A DNA stretch of 50,557 nt from Clostridium sp. CAG:451. Lineage in GTDB: Bacteria > Bacillota_I > Bacilli_A > RF39 > UBA660. Each line of letters opens with the position of its first letter. Within the stretch, counting starts at the first letter, position 1. The DNA is taken from positions 26,576-77,132 of the forward strand of contig FR901073.1 in assembly GCA_000438295.1 (NCBI GenBank), written 5' to 3'. Of the stretch, positions 18,345-28,289 are shown one piece after another. The notes beneath the pieces were generated by a model. That model was not told the origin of the DNA, did not search any database, and worked only from the letters and a program-made list of their open reading frames with translations. A program made the position numbers and the translations under genes.

Positions 18345-20156
18345 ATGAGAAATAAGATTAAATATTTTTTCTTAAGTATATTAACAGTTATAGCAATTTC
18401 TATTAATAAGAAAATGATTTATGAAAAACTATTACCTAATCTAAACATTTTAAAGCTAAGTTTTATTGTGATGGCTATTCTTACTATAGCTCTATATTTG
18501 TTTTATAAACGATATAATAAAAAGATTCATCCAATGAAACATATTTTAGCCCTTATATTTTCTTTATGTTGTGTAATAGGTAATAGCTATCAAGAAATAT
18601 CTTCTTGGGATTTAGTCTTTTCAAGTGTTCCATTATTCTTGATAAGTATAATACAAGTATTTTGTTATTATTACTTAATAAAGACTATATTCTGTTTTAT
18701 AGATACATTTTTAGAAAGAAAAGTAACTTATAAATTTAATACAAAGAATAAAATTATTAAACTTTTTAAAGAGCATCCATTCCTATTTTCATTAATAGTT
18801 ATATTACTATTTTGGTTGATTTATATGATAGCATTTTATCCATTAATACTATCAAAAGATCCAAGCTTTCAAATAAAACAGTTTTTTAATGTAAAAACTA
18901 AATATATAGATTATGTTATTCCCTTATCAGATAAAGTTAATCTTACTAATCATCATCCAGTCTTTCATACTATGCTTTTAGGTGGCTCTATTAAACTAGG
19001 AAGATTGATAGGCAGTGATAATTTAGGATTATTTATTTATGCTATTATGCAAAGTATTACACTTGCTAGTAGTTTAGCTTATACTATCTCTTATCTTTAT
19101 AAGAAAAAGAAATCATTAATATTATCATTTGTCTTACTTATGATTTATTCATTAGTACCAATGTTTCCTTTCTATGCAATGAGTGCAGTTAAAGATACAT
19201 TATATACTGCTATAATTATCTTCTTTGTTATAACATTGTTTACTATAATAGATAATAATAAAGAGATAAAAACATCTAAGTATGTAGTATTACTACTATT
19301 AAGTATCTTATTATATTTATTAAGAAATAATGGAATATATGTAGCAGTTGGTACTATTTTAGTACTAGCTATTTATAGAAGAAAAGAATTTATCTACTTA
19401 ATAGCTACTTTATTATTCGTGATAGGTACTTATATCTCTTACGATAAAATACTTTTACCAGCTTTAAAGATACCAGCAGGTAGTATAAGAGAAGAATTAT
19501 CAGTACCATTTCAACAAACAGCTAGATATGTAAAAGAACATGGAGATGAAATACCTTTAAAAGATAGAAAAAAGATAGATAAGTTACTAGAATATGATAC
19601 ATTAAAAGATAGATATAATCCTAATCTAGCAGATCCAGTAAAAAATAAATATAATAAATACACAACAAAGAAAGAGTTGAAAGACTACTTTAGAGTTTGG
19701 TGGAAAGAATTTTTAGTTCATCCAACTACTTATATAGAAGCGACATTAAATAATACCTATGGTTACTTTTATCCAGATACAGCTAATTGGTATATATACT
19801 CAGGAAAAAATTATAATAAGTTAATAACTGAAGATAATTTAGTTAACTATCACTATAATAAATTATCAACATTAAGAATGATACTTTCAGGTTATGGAAT
19901 TATCTTCCCTTACATACCTTTAATAGGACTAATATCTAATATAGGATTTTCTGCTATGGGATTAATTACCTTAATAGTTTATTTATTAACATCAAGGTAT
20001 AAAAAATATGTAATTGCTATGTTACCTAGCCTATTATCATTAGCAATATGTTTTATCTCACCAGCTAATACCTATTTCCGTTATACTATGCCATTTACTT
20101 TTCTAATGCCGTTTTATGTAAGCTATGTCTATTTATTATTAGTTAAAGATAATTAA
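18345..20156 (+). CDS. Large polytopic membrane protein (possibly GT-C-like glycosyltransferase or polymerase)
   Basis: At least 10 predicted TM helices with an extracytoplasmic loop. ATG at 18345 is preceded by GAGGAGAG; the track start at 18276 lacks an RBS. Confidence 0.55.
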   Translation: MRNKIKYFFLSILTVIAISINKKMIYEKLLPNLNILKLSFIVMAILTIALYLFYKRYNKKIHPMKHILALIFSLCCVIGNSYQEISSWDLVFSSVPLFLISIIQVFCYYYLIKTIFCFIDTFLERKVTYKFNTKNKIIKLFKEHPFLFSLIVILLFWLIYMIAFYPLILSKDPSFQIKQFFNVKTKYIDYVIPLSDKVNLTNHHPVFHTMLLGGSIKLGRLIGSDNLGLFIYAIMQSITLASSLAYTISYLYKKKKSLILSFVLLMIYSLVPMFPFYAMSAVKDTLYTAIIIFFVITLFTIIDNNKEIKTSKYVVLLLLSILLYLLRNNGIYVAVGTILVLAIYRRKEFIYLIATLLFVIGTYISYDKILLPALKIPAGSIREELSVPFQQTARYVKEHGDEIPLKDRKKIDKLLEYDTLKDRYNPNLADPVKNKYNKYTTKKELKDYFRVWWKEFLVHPTTYIEATLNNTYGYFYPDTANWYIYSGKNYNKLITEDNLVNYHYNKLSTLRMILSGYGIIFPYIPLIGLISNIGFSAMGLITLIVYLLTSRYKKYVIAMLPSLLSLAICFISPANTYFRYTMPFTFLMPFYVSYVYLLLVKDN

Positions 20157-20210
20157 ATTCTTGAAAAACAAGCTTGTTAATGTTATTATAAGAATAAGAA
20201 TAGAGGGTGA

Positions 20211-20723
20211 ATGATGGAAAACGTTATACATTTTTTTAGGGACACACTTAGTGGACCTAGTTATATAATTTATGTAATAGTATTAGTAATTTTAATTTTT
20301 GCATGTATTGGTTATATAGCAGAAAATAAACTTAAAGAGAAAAAACAGAAAGATAAATATGCTGAAGTAGCAAAACCAGGTGAAGTTGTTAAATCTTTAG
20401 AAGAAACAGCACCTATTCCTGTTGTTAATAATCCAGTTGAAGAAGTAAGTTCAAATCAGGCAGTAACACCAAATAGTAATCAACAAATTAAAGTAGCACC
20501 AGTTAATGAAAATGTGGTAAATAGTGTACCTTTACAGCCAGTAGCTATACCACCACAACAAATACAGCCAGTTATGGAACCACAAGTAGAAGTACAACCA
20601 GTAGGGATTAATCCTGTTTCACCAGTAGTCGAAGCACCAGTTCAATCAGTTAATCCAATCCCACAAGTTGTTCAAGAGTCTACCCAAACAGTTAATCCCG
20701 TTCCAGAACAAAAAATTAATTGA
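20211..20723 (+). CDS. Membrane-anchored Pro/Val/Gln-rich low-complexity protein
   Basis: One N-terminal TM segment, then PV/PQ-rich repeats (PVVNNPVEEV...PVNENVV...PVSPVVEAPVQSVNPIPQVV). Confidence 0.5.
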   Translation: MMENVIHFFRDTLSGPSYIIYVIVLVILIFACIGYIAENKLKEKKQKDKYAEVAKPGEVVKSLEETAPIPVVNNPVEEVSSNQAVTPNSNQQIKVAPVNENVVNSVPLQPVAIPPQQIQPVMEPQVEVQPVGINPVSPVVEAPVQSVNPIPQVVQESTQTVNPVPEQKIN

Positions 20724-20774
20724 TTACAAAATAATTAAAATATAGTATACTAATAAGAGGTAAGGAGGAATGTT

Positions 20775-21608
20775 ATGGTCATTACAGCAACAACAGTAAT
20801 TACAATTATTAAGAAAATTATTGATATATCGATAGTTTGGTTAATGGTTTATATATTATTAAAAAGTATTAGAAATAATGTAAAATTGACGCTTCTATTT
20901 AAGGGTGTCATTATTATCGTATTTTTGAAAGTAATAAGTGATAAATGTGGTTTTACCACTGTAGGAGTTTTACTTGAATATATTATCATGTATGGACCAC
21001 TTGCACTTATTGTTATTTTCCAACCAGAAATACGTAATATATTAGAACAGTTAGGAAGAAATCAATTACTTGGTAGACATAAGGTTCTAACTGTAGATGA
21101 GAGAGAACATTTAGTTTATGAACTTATTCAAGCCCTAGACTATTTAAGAAAAAATCGTATAGGAGCTTTAATTGTAATAGAGCGAGATGTAAGTTTAGGA
21201 AACTATATAGATAAAGCTAAAAAAGTATATGCTGATTTAACAAGTGACTTACTAGGAGCTATCTTCTATGAAGGTAACCCATTACATGATGGTGGAGTAA
21301 TTATTCAAGGAGATCGTATAACTTGTGCTGGAGCAGTATTTCCAACAAGTAGTAGTACTAAAATAAATAAACATGTTGGTACAAGACATAGAGCTGCTTT
21401 AGGATTAGCAGAAGAAACAGATGCTATTTGTCTAGTTGTTTCTGAAGAGACTGGACGTTTATCAGTAGCTATTAAGGGAGAACTTTATTATAACTTATCA
21501 CTAGATGATGTTAGAATGATGTTAATAGATGAATTAAAACCAAAGACAAATAGTACTTATGATCAAGAAGAAATAGAAGAGGAAGAATTATATGAAGAAG
21601 ATATGTAG
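20775..21608 (+). CDS. cdaA: Diadenylate cyclase CdaA
   Basis: Three N-terminal TM helices and a DAC domain (GALIVIERD, PLHDGGVII, GTRHRAALGLAEETDA). Confidence 0.93.
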   Translation: MVITATTVITIIKKIIDISIVWLMVYILLKSIRNNVKLTLLFKGVIIIVFLKVISDKCGFTTVGVLLEYIIMYGPLALIVIFQPEIRNILEQLGRNQLLGRHKVLTVDEREHLVYELIQALDYLRKNRIGALIVIERDVSLGNYIDKAKKVYADLTSDLLGAIFYEGNPLHDGGVIIQGDRITCAGAVFPTSSSTKINKHVGTRHRAALGLAEETDAICLVVSEETGRLSVAIKGELYYNLSLDDVRMMLIDELKPKTNSTYDQEEIEEEELYEEDM

Positions 21609-22950
21609 AGGAATTGGAAAATTATTTTCCCATATAGGAGCTTTCTTTGATCGTATTTTAATTACTCCCATTACAAAATTGATTTTAAAGATAACAGACT
21701 TTTCAAAAAAGAATGCTAAAAGTATTGAAAGATTTTTAGGTAGAAAACAAACACTAATAGTTATTAGTTTATTAGTAGCATTATGTATATTCTTTATAAT
21801 AGATGGTGAAAGTAGTGCTACTATAGACCAATATGCTGAAGTATTATATGACCAACCAGTAACAGCTACTTATAATGAAGAAGCTTATGTGGTAGAAGGA
21901 TTACCTAAGACTGTAGATATAACTTTAGTCGGACAAAAAAGACATATTTTCTTAGCAAAACAATCACCTAGTGAAGGAGTAAATGTTGATTTGACTGGAT
22001 TAAAACCAGGACAACATAAAGTAACATTAAAATATAGTCAAAGACTTAAATCACTAGATTATAGATTAGATCCATCAACAGTAACAATTACTATTTATGA
22101 TAAAGTAAGTGCTACTAGAACATTAACTTATGATATCTTACATAAAGATAATTTAGATAGTAAGTTAAATATTGATAAAGTAGAACTTGATAGAAGTGAA
22201 GTTATTATCAAAGGAGCTGAACAAAAGCTTAAGAAAGTAGCTACTGTTAAAGCGTTAGTTGATGTAGATGATTTTGCTAATCCAGAACCTGGGGAAATGA
22301 CACTTAAGAATGTTCAATTAGTAGCTTATGATACAAATGGAAAAGTAGTTGATGTAGAAATAGTACCTAAGAGTGTAACTGCTAAAGTAACTATTACATC
22401 ACCTAGTAAAGAAGTTCCATTAAAGATAGTACCAAAAGGAGATTTAGCCTTTGGAAAAGCAATTAAGTCACTAAGTACAAGTATTAATAATGTAACTATC
22501 TATGGTAGTGAAGAATCATTAGCTAGTATTTCTTCTTTACCAGTTGAAATTGATGTAACTGGTCTTGAAAAGAGTAAAGACTATACAGTAACACTTAAGA
22601 AACCAACCGGTGTAACTGATATTAGTGCTAAGACAGTAACAGTAAAAGTAGCCGTTGATGATTCAACTGTTAAAGAGTTCCAAGATATATCTATTGCTAC
22701 TGAAAACTTAGATACATCTAAATATAAAGTACAAGCATCTAGTGAAGCTGATAGTAAAGTAACAGTAGTAGTTAAAGGTAGTAAATCAATTATTGATAAT
22801 ATTGATCAGTCAATTATTAAAGCTTATGTAGACTTAAAAGACTTAGGTGTAGGAGAACATGAAGTAGAAGTTAAAGTAACTGGTGATGATGTAAAATTAA
22901 CTTACACACCTAAAGTTAAGAAAGTAAAAGTAAAAATTACTGCAAAATAA
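21592..22950 (+). CDS. cdaR: CdaR (YbbR-domain) regulator of CdaA
   Basis: Overlaps the cdaA 3' end. N-terminal TM segment followed by repeated YbbR-like beta-rich modules. Conserved cdaA-cdaR synteny. Confidence 0.8.
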   Translation: MKKICRGIGKLFSHIGAFFDRILITPITKLILKITDFSKKNAKSIERFLGRKQTLIVISLLVALCIFFIIDGESSATIDQYAEVLYDQPVTATYNEEAYVVEGLPKTVDITLVGQKRHIFLAKQSPSEGVNVDLTGLKPGQHKVTLKYSQRLKSLDYRLDPSTVTITIYDKVSATRTLTYDILHKDNLDSKLNIDKVELDRSEVIIKGAEQKLKKVATVKALVDVDDFANPEPGEMTLKNVQLVAYDTNGKVVDVEIVPKSVTAKVTITSPSKEVPLKIVPKGDLAFGKAIKSLSTSINNVTIYGSEESLASISSLPVEIDVTGLEKSKDYTVTLKKPTGVTDISAKTVTVKVAVDDSTVKEFQDISIATENLDTSKYKVQASSEADSKVTVVVKGSKSIIDNIDQSIIKAYVDLKDLGVGEHEVEVKVTGDDVKLTYTPKVKKVKVKITAK

Positions 22951-22972
22951 AAGAGCAATATGCTCTTTTTTT
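22951..22972. terminator. Bidirectional intrinsic terminator
   Basis: AAGAGCA-ata-TGCTCTT flanked by A-rich sequence on the 5' side and a T-run on the 3' side, between convergent genes. Confidence 0.7.
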
Positions 22973-23165
22973 AGTCGCGTTCAAATAAGTAGCTTATGTC
23001 AATTAGACCAGCAATACCAATAACTATATATATAATTCTAGCAATAATATTATCAGTTCCTCCAAATAAAGATGCTACAAGGTCAATACTGAATAAACCA
23101 ACAAAAGCCCAGTTAATAGCACCAATAATAATTAATACTAAACAAATCTTTTTTAATATGTCCAT
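22971..23165 (-). CDS. DUF378 family small membrane protein
   Basis: IIIGAINWAFVGLFSIDLVASLFGG is the characteristic DUF378 (YuzA-like) motif. RBS AAGGAGGA. Confidence 0.75.
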   Translation of the reverse strand: MDILKKICLVLIIIGAINWAFVGLFSIDLVASLFGGTDNIIARIIYIVIGIAGLIDISYLFERD

Positions 23166-23276
23166 ACATTTCCTCCTTTTTCTTTCTTAGTATTTGTAGT
23201 AAATTTAAAATTATTCATGAATATTTAAATAAAAAAATTAATATAATGAAATGAAACTATAAATGAGGTGAATATA

Positions 23277-24275
23277 TTGAAAAAGATTGGTCTTTTATTG
23301 CTACTTTCTGTTTTTCTTATTACGGGGTGTGCAAAAGATAGTGAAGAAAATATCCTAAAAAAAATGTCCAAAGATATAACTAATAGTAAAGGATATATTT
23401 TAACAGGAAAACTAGAAGTAGTTAATAATGACGATACTTATAATTATGAAGTGACATCAGCTTATAAGAAAGGTGATTATTATCGTATCAGTTTAAAAAA
23501 TACTGCAAATGATCATGAACAAATAATTTTAAAAAATGATGATGGTGTCTATGTTTTAACACCAAGTCTTAAAAAGAGTTTTAAATTTCAAAGTGATTGG
23601 CCATATAACAATTCTCAAGTATATTTACTACAATCAATTATTAGTGATATAGAAAATGATAGCAAAGCGACAATGGAAAAAGAAAAAGGTAATTATGTAT
23701 TTACTAGTACGGTTAATTATCCCAATAATCGAAACTTAATAAAACAAAAAGTAACAGTTGATAAGAAAACGATGGTTAAAAAAGTAGTAGTACTTAATGA
23801 TAATGATGTTCCAAAAATCACTCTTAATGTCAAAAATACTGATAAAAATCCAAAATTTAGTAAAAACTATTTTGAAATAGAAGACATAATGAATACTGTT
23901 GAAACTAATGAGGAACAAACTAAAGAAACTAGTAGTATTGATGATATAATTTATCCATTAGTTGTTCCAGAAGGAACTAAGTTAAAGAGTGAAGAAAAAC
24001 TTAATAAGACAGGTGGAGAAAGAGTAATTTTAACCTTTGAAGGGGAAAAACCATTCTTATTAGTAGAAGAGACGGTTAAACAAGAAGAGGAGCTAACTAT
24101 TATTCCTACGATGGGTGAACCATATATGTTTATGGATACTATAGGAGCATTATCTGATAATTCCCTTACTTGGAGTAGTGGTAACATGGAGTATTACTTA
24201 GTAAGTGATGTAATGAATCAAGAAGAATTGATAGAAGTTGCTTCTTCAATAAATGTTTTACCTACTATGAAATAG
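23277..24275 (+). CDS. Lipoprotein (LolA-like/DUF4367-like fold possible)
   Basis: TTG at 23277 lies after GAGGTG and gives MKKIGLLLLLSVFLITGC with a lipobox. Confidence 0.6.
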   Translation: MKKIGLLLLLSVFLITGCAKDSEENILKKMSKDITNSKGYILTGKLEVVNNDDTYNYEVTSAYKKGDYYRISLKNTANDHEQIILKNDDGVYVLTPSLKKSFKFQSDWPYNNSQVYLLQSIISDIENDSKATMEKEKGNYVFTSTVNYPNNRNLIKQKVTVDKKTMVKKVVVLNDNDVPKITLNVKNTDKNPKFSKNYFEIEDIMNTVETNEEQTKETSSIDDIIYPLVVPEGTKLKSEEKLNKTGGERVILTFEGEKPFLLVEETVKQEEELTIIPTMGEPYMFMDTIGALSDNSLTWSSGNMEYYLVSDVMNQEELIEVASSINVLPTMK

Positions 24276-24296
24276 TCTAGAAATAGACTGTTTTTT
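24274..24296 (+). terminator. Intrinsic terminator
   Basis: AGTCTA-gaaa-TAGACT followed by T6. Confidence 0.7.
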
Positions 24297-24310
24297 GTAT
24301 CTAAATTAAT

Positions 24311-24340
24311 AAAAAAAGTACTAATTTGAAAATCAGTACT
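24311..24340 (-). terminator. Putative intrinsic terminator of the minus-strand gene
   Basis: AGTACTAATT pairs with AATCAGTACT (one mismatch), preceded on the + strand by A7, which is a T-run on the minus strand. Confidence 0.5.
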
Positions 24341-24866
24341 AATCTAATTTATTATAGCTTTTTAATGTATTCATTAATAATTCGTAATTATCACAAGAAT
24401 CTTCTATTTTAATTGTTGAATTGTTAGTAGAAAAATGTAAAATTATTCTTTCTGCTATACCATTTTGTGTTTGCTTGGTTTGTACTTCAACCTTTGATAT
24501 GTCAGTTATGAGAAATTCTTTTTCTTTATGTAAGAATGAAGAAAATATCATTTTTTCATTATGTACAACTAATTTCCATTTAATTGACCAAAGAATACCA
24601 AACATGCCAATTCCCATAATTACGGTTGTCATTACTATATGTCCAGTTGTTACAGTAGGGTTTCCAGTAAGCATTACAAGGAAAAAAAGTAGAAACATTA
24701 CTAAACCAAGTCCAAAAAGAACTTTAAACACTGCTGGCAAAAGCAATGAGATAGTTACTGTGTAATTTGAACTATCGCTATTATTAATCTCATTTTTAGT
24801 ATGCAATTCCTTTGTAACTATGCCGATTATTAAAAAACTTATAGCACTAATAATATACTTAATCAT
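24339..24866 (-). CDS. Hypothetical membrane protein (4 TM segments plus a small cytoplasmic beta-rich domain)
   Basis: Long ORF with clear TM segments. Its C-terminal domain is similar to that of 38494..39021. Weak RBS. Confidence 0.5.
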   Translation of the reverse strand: MIKYIISAISFLIIGIVTKELHTKNEINNSDSSNYTVTISLLLPAVFKVLFGLGLVMFLLFFLVMLTGNPTVTTGHIVMTTVIMGIGMFGILWSIKWKLVVHNEKMIFSSFLHKEKEFLITDISKVEVQTKQTQNGIAERIILHFSTNNSTIKIEDSCDNYELLMNTLKSYNKLD

Positions 24867-24954
24867 TTTATAAACAACACATCTACATCAATGGTACATG
24901 TTTTAATTATGTATTGCAACATTAATTATAAAGTCATATAAACAATCATAATGA

Positions 24955-24983
24955 TTGACGTTAAGAACTTTTTTTTCTATAAT
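24955..24983 (+). promoter_or_regulatory. asnS promoter TTGACG-17 nt-TATAAT
   Basis: TTGACG 24955-24960 and TATAAT 24978-24983. Confidence 0.55.
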
Positions 24984-25006
24984 ATTAGAAGAAGAGGAGG
25001 ACTACT

Positions 25007-26383
25007 ATGATAGACGTACGTGATATTTATAAAGATGTAAATGAGTATTTAAATAAAGAAGTAGTATTAAATGGTTGGATTAGAAACCATCGTAAACAAA
25101 AAGAATTTGGATTCATCACTTTCTTTGATGGAACTGTATTTGAATCTGTACAAATAGTATATGATAAAAAACTAGAAAACTTTGATGAGATTCAAAAACT
25201 AAGAGTAGGTAGTGCCATTAGTGTTGAAGGATTAGTTGTTAAAAGTCCAAAAGAAGGACAAGAGTTTGAAATTCAAGCTAGTAAGATTAAACTAGAAGGA
25301 GATTGTCCAGAAGATTATCCATTACAACCTAAAAGACATTCTATGGAATTCTTAAGAGAAATAGCTTATCTTCGTCCTAGAACTAATACTTTCCAAGCTG
25401 TTTTTAGAGTAAGAAGTGTAGCAGCAATGGCCATTCATAAATATTTTCAAGATAAAGGATTTGTTTATTTACATGCTCCATTAATTACGGCAAGTGACTG
25501 TGAAGGAGCAGGGGAAATGTTTCAAGTATCAACCCTTGACTTTGAGAATCTAAAAGGTAAAGAAATAGATTATAGTAAAGATTTCTTTGGAAAGAGAACA
25601 GCTCTTACCGTATCAGGACAATTACAAGGTGAAATATTTGCTCTAGCTTTTAAAAATATTTATACATTTGGTCCGACATTTAGAGCAGAAAATTCTAATA
25701 CTAAAACTCATGCTTCTGAATTTTGGATGATTGAACCAGAAATGGCTTTTTGTGAATTAGATAGATTAATGGATGTAGAAGAAGATATGCTTCGTTATAT
25801 TATAAAATATGTAATGGAAAACGCATATTCTGAACTTAAGTTCTTTGATAACTTTGTTCATAAAGGATTAATAGATAGACTAAATACAGTCTTAAATGCA
25901 GAACCAAAAAGAATTACTCATAAAGAAGCAATTACTATCCTTAAAGAAAGCGGAAAAGACTTTGAAAACAAACCAGAATATGGAGAAGACCTTGCTAAAG
26001 AACATGAAAAATATCTAACAGAAGAATACTTTAAAGCTCCAGTATTTGTTACTGACTGGCCAAAAGATATTAAAGCTTTCTATATGCGATTAAATGATGA
26101 TAATGAAACAGTAGCAGCTGTAGACTTTTTAGTACCACAAGCAGGAGAACTAATGGGTGGTAGTCAAAGAGAAGAAAGATATAGTGTTCTAAAAAATAGA
26201 ATGGATAATTTAAAAATGGATGAAGAAGAACTTGACTGGTACTTAAAGCTTAGACAGTATGGTGGAGTAAAACATTCAGGATTTGGACTTGGTTTTGAAA
26301 GATTACTAATTTATCTAACTGGTATGGAAAATATAAGAGATGTAATACCATTCCCAAGAACACCAGGAAATTGTGAATTTTAG
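25007..26383 (+). CDS. asnS: Asparagine--tRNA ligase
   Basis: Class IIb synthetase motifs ([16 protein letters not shown]). The C-terminus [34 protein letters not shown] closely resembles the AsnRS C-terminus. Confidence 0.9.
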   Translation: MIDVRDIYKDVNEYLNKEVVLNGWIRNHRKQKEFGFITFFDGTVFESVQIVYDKKLENFDEIQKLRVGSAISVEGLVVKSPKEGQEFEIQASKIKLEGDCPEDYPLQPKRHSMEFLREIAYLRPRTNTFQAVFRVRSVAAMAIHKYFQDKGFVYLHAPLITASDCEGAGEMFQVSTLDFENLKGKEIDYSKDFFGKRTALTVSGQLQGEIFALAFKNIYTFGPTFRAENSNTKTHASEFWMIEPEMAFCELDRLMDVEEDMLRYIIKYVMENAYSELKFFDNFVHKGLIDRLNTVLNAEPKRITHKEAITILKESGKDFENKPEYGEDLAKEHEKYLTEEYFKAPVFVTDWPKDIKAFYMRLNDDNETVAAVDFLVPQAGELMGGSQREERYSVLKNRMDNLKMDEEELDWYLKLRQYGGVKHSGFGLGFERLLIYLTGMENIRDVIPFPRTPGNCEF

Positions 26384-26392
26384 GAGGATAAA

Positions 26393-26884
26393 ATGAATAA
26401 AGGATATTATAGTGACAGCAGTGAATTTAAAGGAACAGGTAAAAGAGTAGTAATTATTCTAATATGTGTAGCTTTACTATTTGGATTAATGTACTTTCTA
26501 ACTACAAGAATTTTATCAAAAGAAGTTACTAAGAAAAGAAAACAAAACGAAGTGACTGAATCAAGTATTCAATATGAAAAAATATTAGCTGGAGAATCAT
26601 TTACAATGGACCAAGAAGAGTATTATGTAGTATATTATGACAGTACTGATACTGAACTTTCTAAAACAATATCTACTTATCAATCAGATAAAAAAGATAT
26701 AAAACTATATAGTGTAGATTTAAGTGATGGTATGAATAAAAAATATAAAACAGATGGTGATGTTGATACTAGTAGTATTGAAAACTTGAAAGTAAAAAAT
26801 CCTACACTAGTTCATTTTAAAAATAAAGAAGTAGTTGATACTATAACTGATGAAAATGAAATAGAGGATTACCTTAATAAATAA
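26393..26884 (+). CDS. Hypothetical membrane-anchored protein
   Basis: RBS AGGAGGA and one TM segment. No family recognised. Confidence 0.5.
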   Translation: MNKGYYSDSSEFKGTGKRVVIILICVALLFGLMYFLTTRILSKEVTKKRKQNEVTESSIQYEKILAGESFTMDQEEYYVVYYDSTDTELSKTISTYQSDKKDIKLYSVDLSDGMNKKYKTDGDVDTSSIENLKVKNPTLVHFKNKEVVDTITDENEIEDYLNK

Positions 26885-26969
26885 TATGTAAAGTCTTTAT
26901 TTAAAAGGCTTTTTTCTTTAGTAAATTATTAAAACTATGGTACAATTATATAGACGGTAGGTGAAATAG

Positions 26970-28214
26970 ATGAAGAAAAAAGAAGAAATAATGGAAGATG
27001 AAAATATAGATACAACAAAAGAGATAGTTACTATTAAGAAAGAAGGATTTAGTTATCCAGAAATGGTTATTATTATGATAATAGCAATTCTTTTTGGTTT
27101 CTTAATCGGTAATGTTGTTAGTTTTACTAAGAAAGAAACTACTAATAGTTCTGTTCCTAGTGAGTTAAAAGAATTTGTTGATACTTATAATGATATAGTA
27201 AATAATTACTATGATAAGGTTAATAAAGAGGAATTAATAGATGCTGGAATTAAAGGGATGATTAATTATTTAGATGATCCTTATGCTACTTATTTTGATG
27301 GAACTAGTAGTACAAACTTTAATCAAACACTAGAAGGTAATTATGAAGGAGTTGGTATTGAAGTTACTCTTGATAATAGCAAAGTAAAAATTACTAAAGT
27401 ATTTGCTGATACTCCTGCTAAAAAAGCTGGTATAAAAGTAGGAGATTATATAACTAAAGTAAATGGTGAAAGTGTAGAAGGTAAAAGCTTATCAGATGTA
27501 GTAAGCCTTATCAAAACTGCTAAGAATAAAGAAGTAGAAATAACTATTACTAGAGATAATCAAGAAAAGACTATGAAAGTTACTAGAACAACAGTTGATA
27601 TGCCTTATACTAGTAGTAAAGTTTATGAAGAAAATGGTAAGAAGATAGGATATTTAAAAATAGAGATGTTTTCTAATAATATTACTAAACAAGTAAAGAA
27701 AGAGTTGGAGTCTCTAAAGAAAAAGAATATTGATAAGTTAGTTATAGATGTTAGAGATAATCCAGGTGGCTATTTAACTCAAGTAACTGAAATACTATCA
27801 TTATTCATGACTAAGAAAGATGTTATCTATCAGTTACAAACTAAGAATAATAACGAAAAAGTTTATGGTACTAGTAGTAAAGCTACTTATAGTTATCCAG
27901 TAGTAGTCTTAATAAATGAAAATAGTGCATCTGCTAGTGAAATATTAGCTAGTGCCTTTAAAGAGACATATAATGCCGAAATAGTTGGTGTCAATTCTTA
28001 TGGAAAAGGTACAGTTCAAAAAACAGGTGATTTAAATAATGGTGATACAATTAAGTATACAGTTCAAAAATGGTTAACTCCTAAGGGTAATTGGATTAAT
28101 GAAAAAGGTGTAACTCCTACTAAAGAAGTTAAACTAGAGTTGAAAGAAAATGAAACTTTAACAGAAGATAATGATAATCAATTAAAAGCTGCTATAGAAT
28201 TAGCCAGTAAGTAA
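26970..28214 (+). CDS. S41 family C-terminal processing peptidase with PDZ domain
   Basis: GVGIEV, a PDZ domain (GIKVGDYITKVNG), DVRDNPGGYL, and NENSASASEILASAF with the catalytic Ser. Confidence 0.85.
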   Translation: MKKKEEIMEDENIDTTKEIVTIKKEGFSYPEMVIIMIIAILFGFLIGNVVSFTKKETTNSSVPSELKEFVDTYNDIVNNYYDKVNKEELIDAGIKGMINYLDDPYATYFDGTSSTNFNQTLEGNYEGVGIEVTLDNSKVKITKVFADTPAKKAGIKVGDYITKVNGESVEGKSLSDVVSLIKTAKNKEVEITITRDNQEKTMKVTRTTVDMPYTSSKVYEENGKKIGYLKIEMFSNNITKQVKKELESLKKKNIDKLVIDVRDNPGGYLTQVTEILSLFMTKKDVIYQLQTKNNNEKVYGTSSKATYSYPVVVLINENSASASEILASAFKETYNAEIVGVNSYGKGTVQKTGDLNNGDTIKYTVQKWLTPKGNWINEKGVTPTKEVKLELKENETLTEDNDNQLKAAIELASK

Positions 28215-28222
28215 AAATATAA

Positions 28223-28249
28223 TTAGCACTCATTATTGACAAGTGCTAA
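28223..28249 (+). promoter_or_regulatory. CIRCE element (HrcA operator)
   Basis: TTAGCACTC-ATTATTGAC-AAGTGCTAA matches TTAGCACTC-N9-GAGTGCTAA at 17 of 18 positions. Overlaps the -35 box of the clpB promoter. Confidence 0.8.
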
Positions 28250-28264
28250 TTTTTGGTGTATAAT
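28236..28264 (+). promoter_or_regulatory. clpB promoter, consensus TTGACA-17 nt-TATAAT
   Basis: TTGACA 28236-28241 and TATAAT 28259-28264. Confidence 0.7.
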
Positions 28265-28289
28265 ATGTCTTGAAAGTGAGGGGATATAT

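Noticed and set aside
20380-20723. Tandem DNA repeats or a CRISPR-like array in the Pro/Val/Gln-rich gene
   Set aside because: The repetition is at the amino-acid composition level only. I saw no exact DNA period or repeat-spacer structure.
24421-24765. 114-aa + strand ORF opposite the 175-aa membrane protein gene, and 22996-23190 opposite the DUF378 gene
   Set aside because: The minus-strand frames have recognisable features (a DUF378 motif with a strong RBS, and clean TM helices). The + strand frames are mirror-image artefacts.
24867-25006. T-box leader upstream of asnS
   Set aside because: Only about 20 nt separate the promoter -10 from the RBS. No T-box sequence or terminator/antiterminator pair is present.
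28236-28289. ORF-track start (TTG 28236) giving a 721-aa ClpB with the N-terminal extension [18 protein letters not shown]
   Set aside because: The TTG is part of a consensus TTGACA -35 box inside the CIRCE element. The ATG at 28290 has a proper SD, and the extension matches nothing in ClpB.
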